Assembly: GCF_006345805.1 (NCBI RefSeq)
Contig: NC_042997.1
Location: 182,032,001 to 182,096,000 of the forward strand
Reading direction: 5' to 3'
DNA length: 64,000 nucleotides
Source of the DNA: Octopus sinensis
Taxonomy: Eukaryota
Made by a program: the position numbers and the translations under genes. The notes under the pieces were generated by a model that was not told the origin of the DNA, did no database searches, and saw nothing but the letters and a program-made list of their open reading frames with translations. This document shows, in pieces, positions 1 to 11,980 of the stretch; position 1 is the stretch's first letter; the number at the start of each line of letters is the position of its first letter.

Positions 1-179
1 ATTTTAATTCCGTGATTATGGGAGATTTTTTTCCGAAATTTGTTCCTATTGTGTTTTCAAAATTTGTAATTTGACAAAAAATGGATACGAATTTCATTAT
101 ATCAAGCAGCGAGTCAGAATTCGAAGGATTTTTACTGAAGACCTTCATAAATCTAACTCTAACTGAAAAAAAAAAAAAA

Positions 180-461
180 TCTTTATATAAGAGTGAAGTT
201 GTGTGTCTGTCTCCTACGATTTAGATTCGTAACTCTCCCACATTTGCGGTGCAGTTTAACCAAAAGCGGGATCTTATAGTCGGATTCATCGAGCCCTTCT
301 GGGATTTATTAGCGCGCGTCTACGATGAGTCTACGATTTAAAAAAAATACCATCATATTTTTCCATTTTAATGCATTTTTTTGCTTTTTTGGCATAACTC
401 TCTAAAAATGCTTATATGTTATTTCCTTACAAACCCGAGCAACGCCGGGCGATACTGCTAG
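180..461 (+). mobile_element. Non-autonomous Helitron-like element
   Basis: 5' TC after A, 3' CTAG before T, and subterminal hairpin CCCGAGCAACGCCGGG. Confidence 0.7.
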
Positions 462-1694
462 TTAAAGATAAACCTAGAACCTAGGTACAATATAGAATAG
501 AATTTGTACAATATAGAATTTCTTCAATTGGAATTTACCTACGATTTTTACAAGTAGATTCGATTGGGTCATGGCATGTAAAGTTTTTTCTATTTGACCC
601 CCAATTAAGCAAAAATTCGAGAAAAATAAATATTTTACGATTTGCCTCTCTAATTTCAACTGCTTCACTCAAACTATTACCACACTTTCTGCTACTTTCT
701 CTTTGCAAGTGTACACACACATAGACACACAAACATATACTTATACGATAGCCTCTCTCATTTCAAATGCTTTCCTCCGTTTTTTTTCGGGAAGTTCTTT
801 TGAAGTTGGTGTGCATCGGAAGCATTGATGTACATGTGTGCGCGCGTTAGTGTGTGTGTGTGTGTTTGATGGGGTGTGCGACACAGAAAGTGTGGTGTGT
901 AAATGAAGTGCTTTTGTTAGTGTGTGTAAAGAGACAGAGAGAGTAATGTTGTGCTGTGTGTGTATGTGTGAAAGACAGAGATAACTGAACTTTTTTTATT
1001 CACTTTTTGTAGTGAGTGACTGAGAGAGAAAAGAAGAGAGAGAGGTTATGTATGTATATATGTATGTATGGCTTCAGTGACACACACACAAAAACACATA
1101 CCTACGTACACCTAAAGCACGCACACACACAAACGGAGCGCGAACTTCAAAAGAACTTCGCGCTCTATCTGGTTTGCCATTCCTCACACACACGCATACA
1201 CACGCAAACATATACATATATGACAGTGACAAACACAAACGTTTCAAACAACTACATACAAACACTCAAACACACATACACACACGTGTGTGTTTGTTAT
1301 TAGTAAAAAAGGCGCCAAACACAACTCACTTCTCATTCGAACACATTTGCAAAAACACACCGACGGTCGAATTGCCATAACTCAACAGAAAAGGTAAATT
1401 TGTTTTTAATTTACTTTCTGTCGCTAAATTTTGGTAGTATTAATTGGCGAGCGTACTTCAGTTGTCAATTGTTGACAGAAAGAAATTGTAAGCTAATAAG
1501 GTGTGTGTGTCTGTCTGTCTGTGTGTGTGTGTGTGTGTGTGTAGGAAGTGAAGGATAAAAATATGGCAAGAAGTGGACAGATGTACATATATACATACAT
1601 ACATCCATACATACATATATGTGTGTGTGTGTCTATGTATGTGTATTAATGTGTGTGTGTGTGTCTATGTATGTGTATTAATGTGTGTGTGTTA

Positions 1695-2056
1695 TCTCTC
1701 TCTATATAAAGCTGAAGTTGTCTGTGTGCGCCAGGTTTGGTAACCTTCAACTAACACTATCTCCTCCGAGACCCTGCTGCGCAAGTTGACCAAAATTGAG
1801 AGTATGATAGAAGAAGGGTTGCTCTTCTTTTCGTAGAACATAGAATTCAAATCGGACCATGTTAACAGCAAAAATTATTTACATCAAAAAGCTGCTTTTT
1901 TCTATGAAAATACCTATTTTTTACCATTTTTTCACTGCTGTGTCGCCATTTTCGGTGTATTTCAACCAGAAAAATGTTCACAAAATTTTTACTTTTCAAA
2001 AATTACAATTCCAGCGGGTCGAAACAAACCTGAGCAACGCCGGGCGATACTGCTAG
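1695..2056 (+). mobile_element. Non-autonomous Helitron-like element (same ends, different interior)
   Basis: A|TC start and ...TATATAAAGCTGAAGTTG at the 5' end; ...GCAACGCCGGGCGATACTGCTAG|T at the 3' end. Confidence 0.65.
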
Positions 2057-2553
2057 TTTATTATAAAGCTCAGACCTTCTGTCAGCTGAAGGTTACCTTT
2101 CTTTGGTATCTGCTACTGAGGATGGCAAAAGAGCCAGAAATGCACATTTAACTGTCTACAGAGGGTACTTTGAACTGATAATGGTGTAGTTGCCCTTTCC
2201 ACCATAAATGAGAATTTTTTTATTTAGGATAAACTGCGGTGAAATTGCTTTTAGAAGTTGAAATATGTCACAAACATATTTGAACTACTCTAAAGTTCAT
2301 TTCTCATTACGGCCTTCTACTTTATTACTATTATTATTGAATGGCAACAAGCTGGCAGAATCATTAGCACACTGGATGAAGTGCTCAGTGCATTCCGCCT
2401 GTCACTATATTCTGAGTTCAAATTCTGCTGAAGCCAACTTTGCCTGTCATCCTTTCAGGGTCGATAAATTAAGTACCAGTGAGATTCTGGGGTCAATGTA
2501 ATCGACTAGTCCCCTCCTGCCAAACTTCAGACCTTGTACCTATAATAGAAAGG

Positions 2554-2596
<43 letters not shown>

Positions 2597-3195
2597 GAAT
2601 TCCATCAAAGTTGACTTGCCTTTCATCCTTTTGGGATCGATAAAGTGGCACTGGGTTACAAATATACGAAGCCCAACATACCCATCATGACTACTTATCT
2701 GGTACGGTAACACCAGGCACATGCTTCACAATCATATGTGTGTGACATGATCATCTCATACCAAGATAAACAGCACATGACCTTACAGGTGGAATACTGT
2801 TAGAATTTTCTTCAGGTTGTGTAGCCCACCCTACTCAAAAAGTAACTGAAAAAGGTTTGTTTAAGGATGATGAACAAAACACCCATATTTCTAGAGGTGA
2901 ATTATCCAGACCTCAAAGAATTCCTCTCAACACATAGCTATGATGCTCCCCCACTACTCCTATTTGTGATCATAAATGCATATATTGTCAGCCACTAAGG
3001 GACATGCTCAACTGGTTAAGGTCAAGCAACTGACGAGTAAATCTGTGGTATTGAGCAGAATATTTGCTGTAGCCTATCTTTTATACCAAGACAAATCATA
3101 TATATGATAACACTTCCAATCAATTAAGATCAGAAGTCATGAGAGCCACTGCTTATTAGCATTGTTGTGTCTTTAAATTTCTTTGTGCTACTCAC

Positions 3196-3302
3196 CTGTC
3201 GGTAATATCTGTTAGCTGCCTCCAGGCTTTTCTTTACTGCAGTTGAGAAGATTTTCTTTCTTCTATTCAAATATGAAGAAAGCATTCTAAATGAGAGATC
3301 CT
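3196..3302 (-). CDS. Candidate exon of an unidentified second gene (DLSFRMLSSYLNRRKKIFSTAVKKSLEAANRYYRQ)
   Basis: Acceptor cccttacacatag|AG and donor CAG|gtgagt; 107 nt with one open frame (phase 1 to 0), in non-repetitive sequence. Confidence 0.45.
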
Positions 3303-4734
3303 CTATGTGTAAGGGTTAACAATAAAAAATCACTGTCTAATGTCTTGAAAGAATGGAAAGGCCTTCTGGGTAATATAATCCTAATAGTCCATGGTGTATG
3401 GCTCTATGGCTAGGACATTGGGCTCACAATCATGAGGTAATGAGTTCAATTCCCAGACCAGGCTGTGTTTTGTTCTTGAGTAAGACACTTTATTTCACAT
3501 TGCTCCAGTTCACTCAACTGTAGAAATGAGTTGTGATGTCACTGGTGCCAAGCTGTATTGGCCTTTGCCTTTCCCTTGGATAACATTGGTGGCATGGAGA
3601 GGGGAGGCTGGTATGCATGGGTGACTGCTAGTCTTCCATAAACAATCTTGCCCAGACTCATACCTCAGAGGGTAACTTTCTAGGTGCAAACCCATGGTCA
3701 GTCATGACTGAAGCAGGGTTTTACCCCTTAGTCCATAGCATATTCTGTTTAAAAAAACAGGGAGGTCATCTCTGGAAAGCTTTTAACCACAGGTCTGTCT
3801 GTTCAAGCAGCGATGAGTTCTGGGACTAAACAACAATAGAAACAACAACAGTGAACAGTTAATCAGGACTCACACCATTAGCCACAAAGAATAATCTCTA
3901 ATTCGAGCCTACTCTAAGCTACTAAGATCCACCCACCACACGCGATGGACTGGCGGTTGCACAGGTGTGAAAGCTACGTTGTTATCCTCATTCCGTAAAC
4001 GGTGGCTTTTAACAGGTGGAGAGCTGAATCATCCTGGGGTACAGAGGATTTGCAATCTAGACTAGGGTCTGAAAGTTTACCACACCATAGTGGGTTAAAC
4101 CATGGTTCCTCTGCTTTGTGGCAGAAGTAGGAAGAAAGAGTGAGAGAAAGTTGTGGTGAAAGAGTACAGCAGGGTTCACCACAACTCCCCGCCAGAACCT
4201 CGTGGAGCGTAGGTGTTTTTGCTCAATAAACATTCACAATGCCTGGTCTGGGAATGGAAACCGCGTTCTTACAACCATGAGTCCGCTGCCCTAACCACTG
4301 GGCTATTGCGTCTCCACACTGTTGTTATTGTTAGTGGTGGTGGTGGTGATAATGATGAGGATGATTACAACCACAATGATGATGATGGTTGTAGTTGTAG
4401 TGGTGGTGGTGGTGGTGGTGATAATAATTATGATGATGATGATGATGATGATGATGACAGTGAGGATGAAAAGATGTAAACCAGCCGATCATTCTAGAAT
4501 ATTTAACCTTCTGCTAGATGCTACTAAATAAATCTTAAGTGGATTCTAGTCTTAATTAACCAGAAGTAGAAATAACTGAAATTAAATTACTACTACTTCA
4601 GACTTCAAAAAGAGGTAAAGTTTTAAAAATAATTATTTTATTTTACTAACATATTTTTTTCTTTCATTCCATTTGCACTTTATTCACTGGTTCAGTGACT
4701 TAAGCAACATTTGTGCACTATATTATGTTCCCCC

Positions 4735-5215
4735 TCCTACTCTTCTTCCTCCCCTTCACCTTGCTAGTCTTCCTCCTCCTCGTCTTCTTCCTCCTCCTCG
4801 TCTTCTTCTTCCTCGTCCTCATCCTCATCCTCATCCTCGTCTTCTTCCTCCTCCTCCTCTTTCTCCTCTTCCTCCTCCTCCTCCTCTTCCTCCTCCACCC
4901 CTCACCTTATTTTCCTCCTCCTCCTCCTCACCTTATTTTTCCCTCCTCACCTTACTTTTTCATCCTCCTCCTCATCTTCATCCTCCTCCCTCTCTTCGTT
5001 TTCCAACTCCTCCTCGTCTTCCTAGTCTTCCTCCTCCTCCTCCACCTCATCTTCCTAGTCTTCCTCCTCATCTTCTTCCTCCACCTCCTTGTGTACCTAG
5101 TTTTCCTCCTCCTCATCTTCTTGCCTTCCTCCACCACATTGTCTTCCTCCTTCTTGTCCTTTCCCTCCTCCTCCTCCTCATCATCATTGTCCTCTTCCAC
5201 CTCCTTCCCTCATAG
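4735..5215. repeat. Compound (TCC/TCT/TCA)n tract
   Basis: Homopyrimidine-rich trinucleotide repeats; source of the low-complexity ORFs here. Confidence 0.9.
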
Positions 5216-5707
5216 TCTCACCAGTCAGAAATAGTACAATATTTTACAATACATATATGCATTCTATTTATTTCTTATATCTTTTTTTATGTATTTTTCA
5301 GACATAACTGTATGGTTCTGAGTTCAATCCTTCTGCATGATATCTTGGACTAGTGTCTTCTACTATAGTCTCAGTGGATTTGGTAGATGGAAACTGTAAG
5401 AAGCCTGTCGTATATCTATCTATCATGTGATCACGTGACCATCAGATGTTGTTACACATTGCTGGTCACAATGCGTTCGCATTGTTTTAGCCTTCGAATG
5501 ACACCACCCCGCTGGTTAAGCGAGCAGGCCAACAGAAGAAAGAGTGGTGAAAGAGTACAGCAGGGATCACCACCCACTGCCAGAGCCTCGTGGAGCTTTT
5601 AGGTGTTTTCGCTCAATAAACACTCACAACGCCCAGTCTGGGAATCGAAACCGCGATCCTACGACCGCAAGTCCGCTGCCCTAACCACTGGGCCATTGCG
5701 CCTCCAC

Positions 5708-5799
<92 letters not shown>

Positions 5800-6385
5800 A
5801 GAGAGAGAGATAATATAATGATATATGTGTGTTTTTATGTCTGTGATTTTGTTTGTCCCCTACCACTCCTTGATAGCTGGTGCTGGTTTGTTTATCTCCT
5901 CGTAACTTTGCAGTTTGAAAAAAAAAAAAGAGACCGATAGAATAAGTGCCATCAATGACTTTTCCATTCTTCCCAAGCATTAAACTAATACACCAGTTTG
6001 GTGTTCCTTCACCTGTCTTCGTCTTTAGTTTTCTGTAAATTTGAACTAAACACACACACACATGAAGGGCTTCTTTCAGTTTCCATCTATCAAATCCACT
6101 CATAAGGCTTTAGGTGGCCTGAGGCTATAGTAGAAGACACCTGCCCAAGGAGCCATGCAGTGGGACTGAACCCAGAATCATGTAGTTGGGAATCAAACTT
6201 CTTACCATACAGCCATGCGTGTGCCTTTTACTAATATACTAGTATAAATTATATACTAGTATATATTTTCTAATATACTAGTATAAATCATTTTGTGTTG
6301 GAGAATTGTAATTAAAGCTGGTTAATACAGCTATTAACTCCCAAATATATTCAGCTAAAGTGAAATGAGTAGGCTTAAATCTCAC

Positions 6386-6460
6386 CTTGCATGAGTCTAA
6401 TAATGATAAGTGTAGCCAGACAAATGTTTATCTTAAACATTTTATACAACCATTCAGAAA
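6386..6460 (-). CDS. Candidate exon of an unidentified second gene (SEWLYKMFKINICLATLIIIRLMQ)
   Basis: Strong acceptor tttttttttcttgtcag| and donor CAAG|gtgaga; 75 nt, phase 1 to 1, frame-compatible with 3302-3196. Confidence 0.45.
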
Positions 6461-6654
6461 CTGACAAGAAAAAAAAACACATTAAAACAGAGGAAATGAA
6501 TGAAGTCAAAAAGAAACTTATGGAAATAAAAATTTTATTATAATCTAATTAGAAAATAATCTCAGTATTGAAATTGAATTATTGATATTTTTGTAAGACA
6601 CAGGAAGTTAAGTATAAATGGTATGAAATCAACTCATCATTGGAGTTAGTAAAG

Positions 6655-7154
6655 TACTATAAATCCTCGAGTATAGTCTGCCCTTGAGTATAATACACAG
6701 GGGATTTTTAGGGGGTTATACATCTGAAAAACCTAAACCTTGTGTATAATACGCACCCTTTCTTTAACTTGAGTTGTGCGTAATTAAGCCAGCTGCACCT
6801 AGTCGAACAAACACTTCCGTGCATGCGTAATACAATAATGGTGATGTTCTTAACTGTTATATGGGAATGTAAATATGTTTGCAATTTGTTTTTGTTACAT
6901 GTTATTCTGTGTTCTGAATACTTTTATTTTAACAAATTCTTTTATGATTTCATTGCTTTCAGGCTTAGCTTAAGGTATTTTCGCGCCCGATATCACAAAA
7001 TGCGTCTGAATAAACATTGCCGGACAACAAATAGAGACTTGGACATTGCTTAGAAAATATTTTTCATTTTTAACCTCGTGTATAGTACGCACTAGGGATT
7101 TTGACCTTTAAATTTTGGGGAAAAAATGCGGATTATACTCGAAGATTTACAGTA
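6655..7154. mobile_element. About 500-bp Tc1/mariner(pogo/Tigger)-type MITE, copy 1
   Basis: TIR consensus TACCGTAAATCCTCGAGTATA; homologous to the copies at 17127, 19040 and 55906. Confidence 0.75.
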
Positions 7155-8084
7155 AGTAAAAATAATATGTAAAATAAGATACAAACTTCTGGTACATGAA
7201 ACATATACATATATATGTGTATATAAACACAGAGAACTATATAAAGTTTATAGCATATATTTAGTGGCTGGTTATTTATCTGGGATTGATCGAATGATGC
7301 AGACACCTCTGATGAGAGCCAATAAGGTTCAAAGATTTATTAATCCTTTCACATCCACATTAATCTGTTAAATGTAATGCTTATTTATTCACATTGTTTT
7401 GAATTAATCATGTATTATCTTGTAGCTTTGAGATTTCAATTATCGGATTGTTTACTTTTAGAATGTCATTGAAGAGTAGGTGTGAGAGGCCAGATCTGGC
7501 CAGATCTGGCCAGTTCCAACATAGAATGGGTAAACAATTTTTGCCTGATATGGCCAGTTTAAATGCTAAAGGGTTAAGATTGTTCATCAATTCTTTTCAA
7601 TCTATGGAGAAATAAATAAACTGGTCAGTTTTGTCCATCTACTGCATAGGTTATATATATTATACCTTGATGCTGTGTGGATTGAGATTCCCATTGGCAG
7701 GTCACTGGTGTTATATAAAGTATTAAACACATTAGTGCATCAGTTAGTAGCTGCAGTTCTCTGTAGCTTTCTGGATTTATTGAGTTTATAAACAGTTTCC
7801 CTACTTATTTCTCTGGATTGGTCAAATGATGTAGACACCTCTGGTAAGAACTCAGTAACATTTGAAAATCAATTAAGGCTACTCATCCTATTCTCAATCT
7901 AGGGAGAAATAGTTAAATTTGCTATGTTTATATGTTTACTATATAGGTTTATACATACACACATACATACGTACATACATATGTATATGTGTACATATAT
8001 ATATATATGTATATATATATCGAGAGAGAGAGAGAGACATATACACACACACACACACACATACACACACACACATTCCGAGTA

Positions 8085-9070
8085 TCAGCGCCCTCTTATT
8101 CATTATAGTCCTCCAGGCAATAACAGAGGAATTCAAGACATGCTGCCCCTGTGAGCTCTTCTATGTTGATGACCTGGCCCTCATAGCAGAATAACTGCCA
8201 GAATTAGAGAAGAAACTTCAAGTGTGGAAGCAAGGTTTAGAATCAAAAGGTCTTAGAGTCAATGTTGCAAAGACCAAAGTTCTAGTAAGTAGGAAGGTGA
8301 ACACAACACACACCCCTTCAAGTAGGTGGCCCTTCTCGATCTGTAGAAAAGGCGTAGGTAGAAACTCCATGCAATGCACTCCATGTAAGCTATGGACACA
8401 TAAAAGGTGCAGCAACATCAAAGGAAGATTAACCTGGAAGATAGCTTTCACATGCAGCAGATGCACAGGGGCAATAAACACCATAGATGCTTGAAAAACA
8501 AACTCCATCACATGCCAGGGGGAGAAACTAGAAGTAGTTGATAGCTTCCGCTACCTAGGTGACCAAGTCTGTAGTGGGGGTGGATGTTCAGAGAGTGTTA
8601 CCACTAGCATAAGAATAGCCTGGGAAAAGTTCAGAAAGCTTCTACCTCTATGAGTGACAAAGGTAGATTGTATGATGCAAGTGTGAAAACTGCCATGCTT
8701 CATGGCAGTGAAACATGGGCCATGACTGCTGAAGATATGCATAGGCTCAAAAGAAATGAAGCTAGCATAATCCACTGGAGTGTAAGCACCCTGAAAAAAA
8801 TGTTAGACATAAGAAGCATCGGATGTGGCATGCAAGAGAGATGTTTGCATTGGTATAGTCATGTACTGCAGATGGACGAGGAGAGCTGTGTGAAGAGGTG
8901 CCACTCCCAAACAGTGGAAGGAATCTGGGCTAGAGGGAGACCCAGGAAGACATAGGATGCGGTGGTGAAGCATGACCTTCGAATGTTGGGCCTCACAGAG
9001 ACAATGACAAAAGACCAAGACTTCTGGAAGTATGCTGTGACTGAAAAGACCCAGCAAATAAAGTGAGTCC
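8085..9070 (+). mobile_element. RTE-clade LINE, 5'-truncated and decayed
   Basis: LLFIIVLQAITEEFK...YVDDLAL, GLRVNVAKTKV, LCWTH-type zinc region LWTHKRCS, FRYLGD and MLHGSETW, with stops and frameshifts. Confidence 0.88.
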
Positions 9071-9492
9071 ACAGCTGTAACCTACACCAGTGTTGCATAA
9101 CCAGCCCACTCAAAAGTACCTTGGATTGTAGGGCGACATACTGTGCTTGAGGAAACTTATTGAGTCAAGTACATTAACATCAACAGCAATATCAAAATCA
9201 AATCAAATGGAAATTGTAGTTGTGATCCCAATGCCAGTGGCACGTAAAAAGCACCATTCGATCATGGTTGATGCCAGCTCCTCTGGCCCCTGTGCCAGTG
9301 GCACATAAAAGCACCCACTACACTCTCAGAGTGGTTGGCATTAGGAAGAGCATCCAGCTGTAGAAACACTGCCAAATCAGATTGGGGCCTGGTGCAGCCT
9401 CCTGGCTTCCCAGACTCCAGTCAAACTGTTCAGCCCATGCCAGCATGGAAAACGGACATTAAACGATGATGAGGATGATGATGATAATAATA

Positions 9493-9525
<33 letters not shown>

Positions 9526-11149
9526 GTATACATGCATATTTACTGAAAACAATATATATACACATATATATTGAAATCAAAAGGAGAAAATACTTTGAGA
9601 ATCATCAATAGAAAGAAAATGTTTACATTCTTATCAAAATATGTTACCAGTTTCAATTATTTTACATGATTTATTCATGCAATAAGGATAAAGAAAAGAA
9701 AATGAATATAATCATATAAATTTTCCGTGAGAGCAGCTTTCGAAATTCACATGTTTTTCCTTATAAAATTTCATATAGTAGCAGTCATTGGGCTCTGTTT
9801 GCTGGCTGCTGGATCACGATAGTAGTAAAAACTGTTATTACTATTATTATAACCCACCATCCACCAGAAAAAGACTAACAAACACTACAGCTGGTTGCTG
9901 TCATCTCTTAGCTGACAACAACCAGAAGGAAAGGAAATACAGCACTATAGGATCTTTATAAGAAAAACGTATGAACTTTCAGGACTGATATTATGTAAGA
10001 TTGATTGCATTTGATTTATTTCAATTTATTTTCTATTTTGCTTCAGCATGATGGGATTATCTTCTTAAAGCAATCAAAACTGGTTGCTGCATAGTTTAAA
10101 ATGAAAATGCTGACTTACTTTTTTTCTTGATGAAATTCTCAAAGCATTCTCTTCTTTTAATTTTATGTATGTATGTATGTATGTATGTATGTATGTATGT
10201 ATGTATGTATGTATGTATGTATGTATGTATGTATGTATGTATGTATGTACGTATGTATGTACGTACGTATGTATGTACGTATATGTATGTATGTATGTAC
10301 TTATGTATGTATGTATGCATTTATGTATGTATGTATGTATGTATGTATGTATGTATGTATGTATGTATGCATGTATGCATGCGTGTGTGTATGTATGTAT
10401 GTATGTATGCATGCATGTGTGTATGTATTTATGTATGTATTTGTGTGGAAGGAAAGAGTGTTTGTGTGCTGTGCATGTATGTAAGTATGTATGCATACTG
10501 GCACTTGTGCCGGTGGCACATGAAAAAACATTCGAGCGAAGTCGTCAGTGCTGCTGGACTGGCTCCTATCCAGGTGGCATGTAAAAAACACCATTTGAGC
10601 ATGGCCATTGCCAGTACCATGTAACTGGCCCTCGTGCCAGTGGCACGTAAAAGCACCCACTACACTCTCGGAGTGGTTGGCGTTAGGAAGGGCGTCCAGC
10701 TGTAGAAACTCTGCCAGATTAGATTGGAGCCTGGTGCAGCCATCTGGTTTGCCAGTACTCAGTAAAATCATCTGACCCATGCTAGCATAGAAAGTGGATG
10801 TTAAACGATGATGATGATGATGATGATGTTTATGTGTGCAAGTTTGTGGGTTTGTATGAATGCGTTTGTATTGTCGCTCATCTTCATGTTCAGTGATTCT
10901 AAACAAAAAGCTGATAGAAACAGTGTTGTTTATCTCTACTTTCGTTTTGCATAATTTCAAACAAAATGATTATTACACAGCCTATCAAATAACAAGTGGC
11001 TACGACATTAACTATTTACAAGCTTTCACAGTGAGATAGACTAGGGAGATTAGTAGATTGCTTGGAGATAGTTTGGAGCTGATGTTAAGAAGAACATCAA
11101 GCTGTAGAAAACACTGGCTCGGTACAAGGTCTATGTTCACTTGTGGAAT

Positions 11150-11290
11150 AACAATGTTACCAATTGTTTCATTCCGGGAAATTCACAATTTTCAAGCCTT
11201 ATCCAAGATGGAAATGGATTACCAACATTCTTGAGCGAAATACTTGAAAATTGTGAATTTTTTTTACAAGAAACCATTGGTAGTATTGTT
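11150..11290. repeat. About 140-bp imperfect, older palindrome
   Basis: AATTCACAATTTTCAAG / CTTGAAAATTGTGAATT, with degenerate outer arms. Confidence 0.6.
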
Positions 11291-11887
11291 AATCCACAAA
11301 GAAAGTATATATTTATCCATCAAGTGGTGTTAAGCACCCATTCTGCCTGTTTGTCACTATAGTGCATGCTTGTGTGTGTGTGTGTGTTTGTGTGTATGCG
11401 TGTGCGTGTGTATGTGTATTTGCGTATATAGTATGTAGTTAGCGTGGCTTAGTGGTTAGAGCATTCGGCTCATGATTGTAAGATTGTGAGTTCAATTCCC
11501 AGTGACGTGTGTGTCCTTGAGTAAGACACTTTATTTCACGTTGCTCTAGTCCACTCAGCTGGCAAAAATGAGTTGTACCAGTATTTCCAAAAGGGCCGGC
11601 CTTGTCAGACTCTATGTCACACTAAATCTCTCTGAGAATTACATTAGGGGTACACGTGTCTGTGGATTGCTCAGTCACTTGCACATTAATTTCACGGGCA
11701 GGCTGTTCCGTTGATCATATCAGCTGGGACCCTAATCGTTGTAACCGATGGACTGCTCCTACAGGGTTATAATCCAAGGTGGGTCCTTATGATGTACATC
11801 TGCATATTCCAGTACTCCAAAATTGTAAGTAAATGGTTTAAGTGTGTATTTCTCTGGCTGAATAATTTCTACTAGGAGATATCTTAC

Positions 11888-11980
11888 ACATTTTTCTTTC
11901 TTTTACAGTTTTATAGCTCATATTAGCAAATGAAATGCTTGTAATGGCGAATAAATAATACCCAAAATTTTTCCAATTTC
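11888..11980 (-). CDS. Weak candidate exon (NWKNFGYYLFAITSISFANMSYKTVKERKM)
   Basis: Acceptor aaaacag| is weak; donor T|gtaaga; 93 nt, phase 1 to 1, open. Confidence 0.25.

Noticed and set aside
4673-5234. Pro-rich (extensin-like) and Leu/Phe-rich ORFs
   Set aside because: Products of the (TCC/TCT)n tract.
10074-10960. Long ORFs made of YVCM/HTYI/IYLS-type repeats, here and at about 40630-41160, 53525-54000 and 61180-62000
   Set aside because: They are translations of (TATG)n, (CA)n, (TA)n and (GATA)n microsatellites, with no domain content.
11825-11908. Apparent 84-nt plus-strand intron (gtaagt...ttttacag)
   Set aside because: The upstream acceptor derives from a SINE tail and the only open frame stops five codons after the junction. 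It is kept only as an alternative to the weak minus-strand exon it overlaps.
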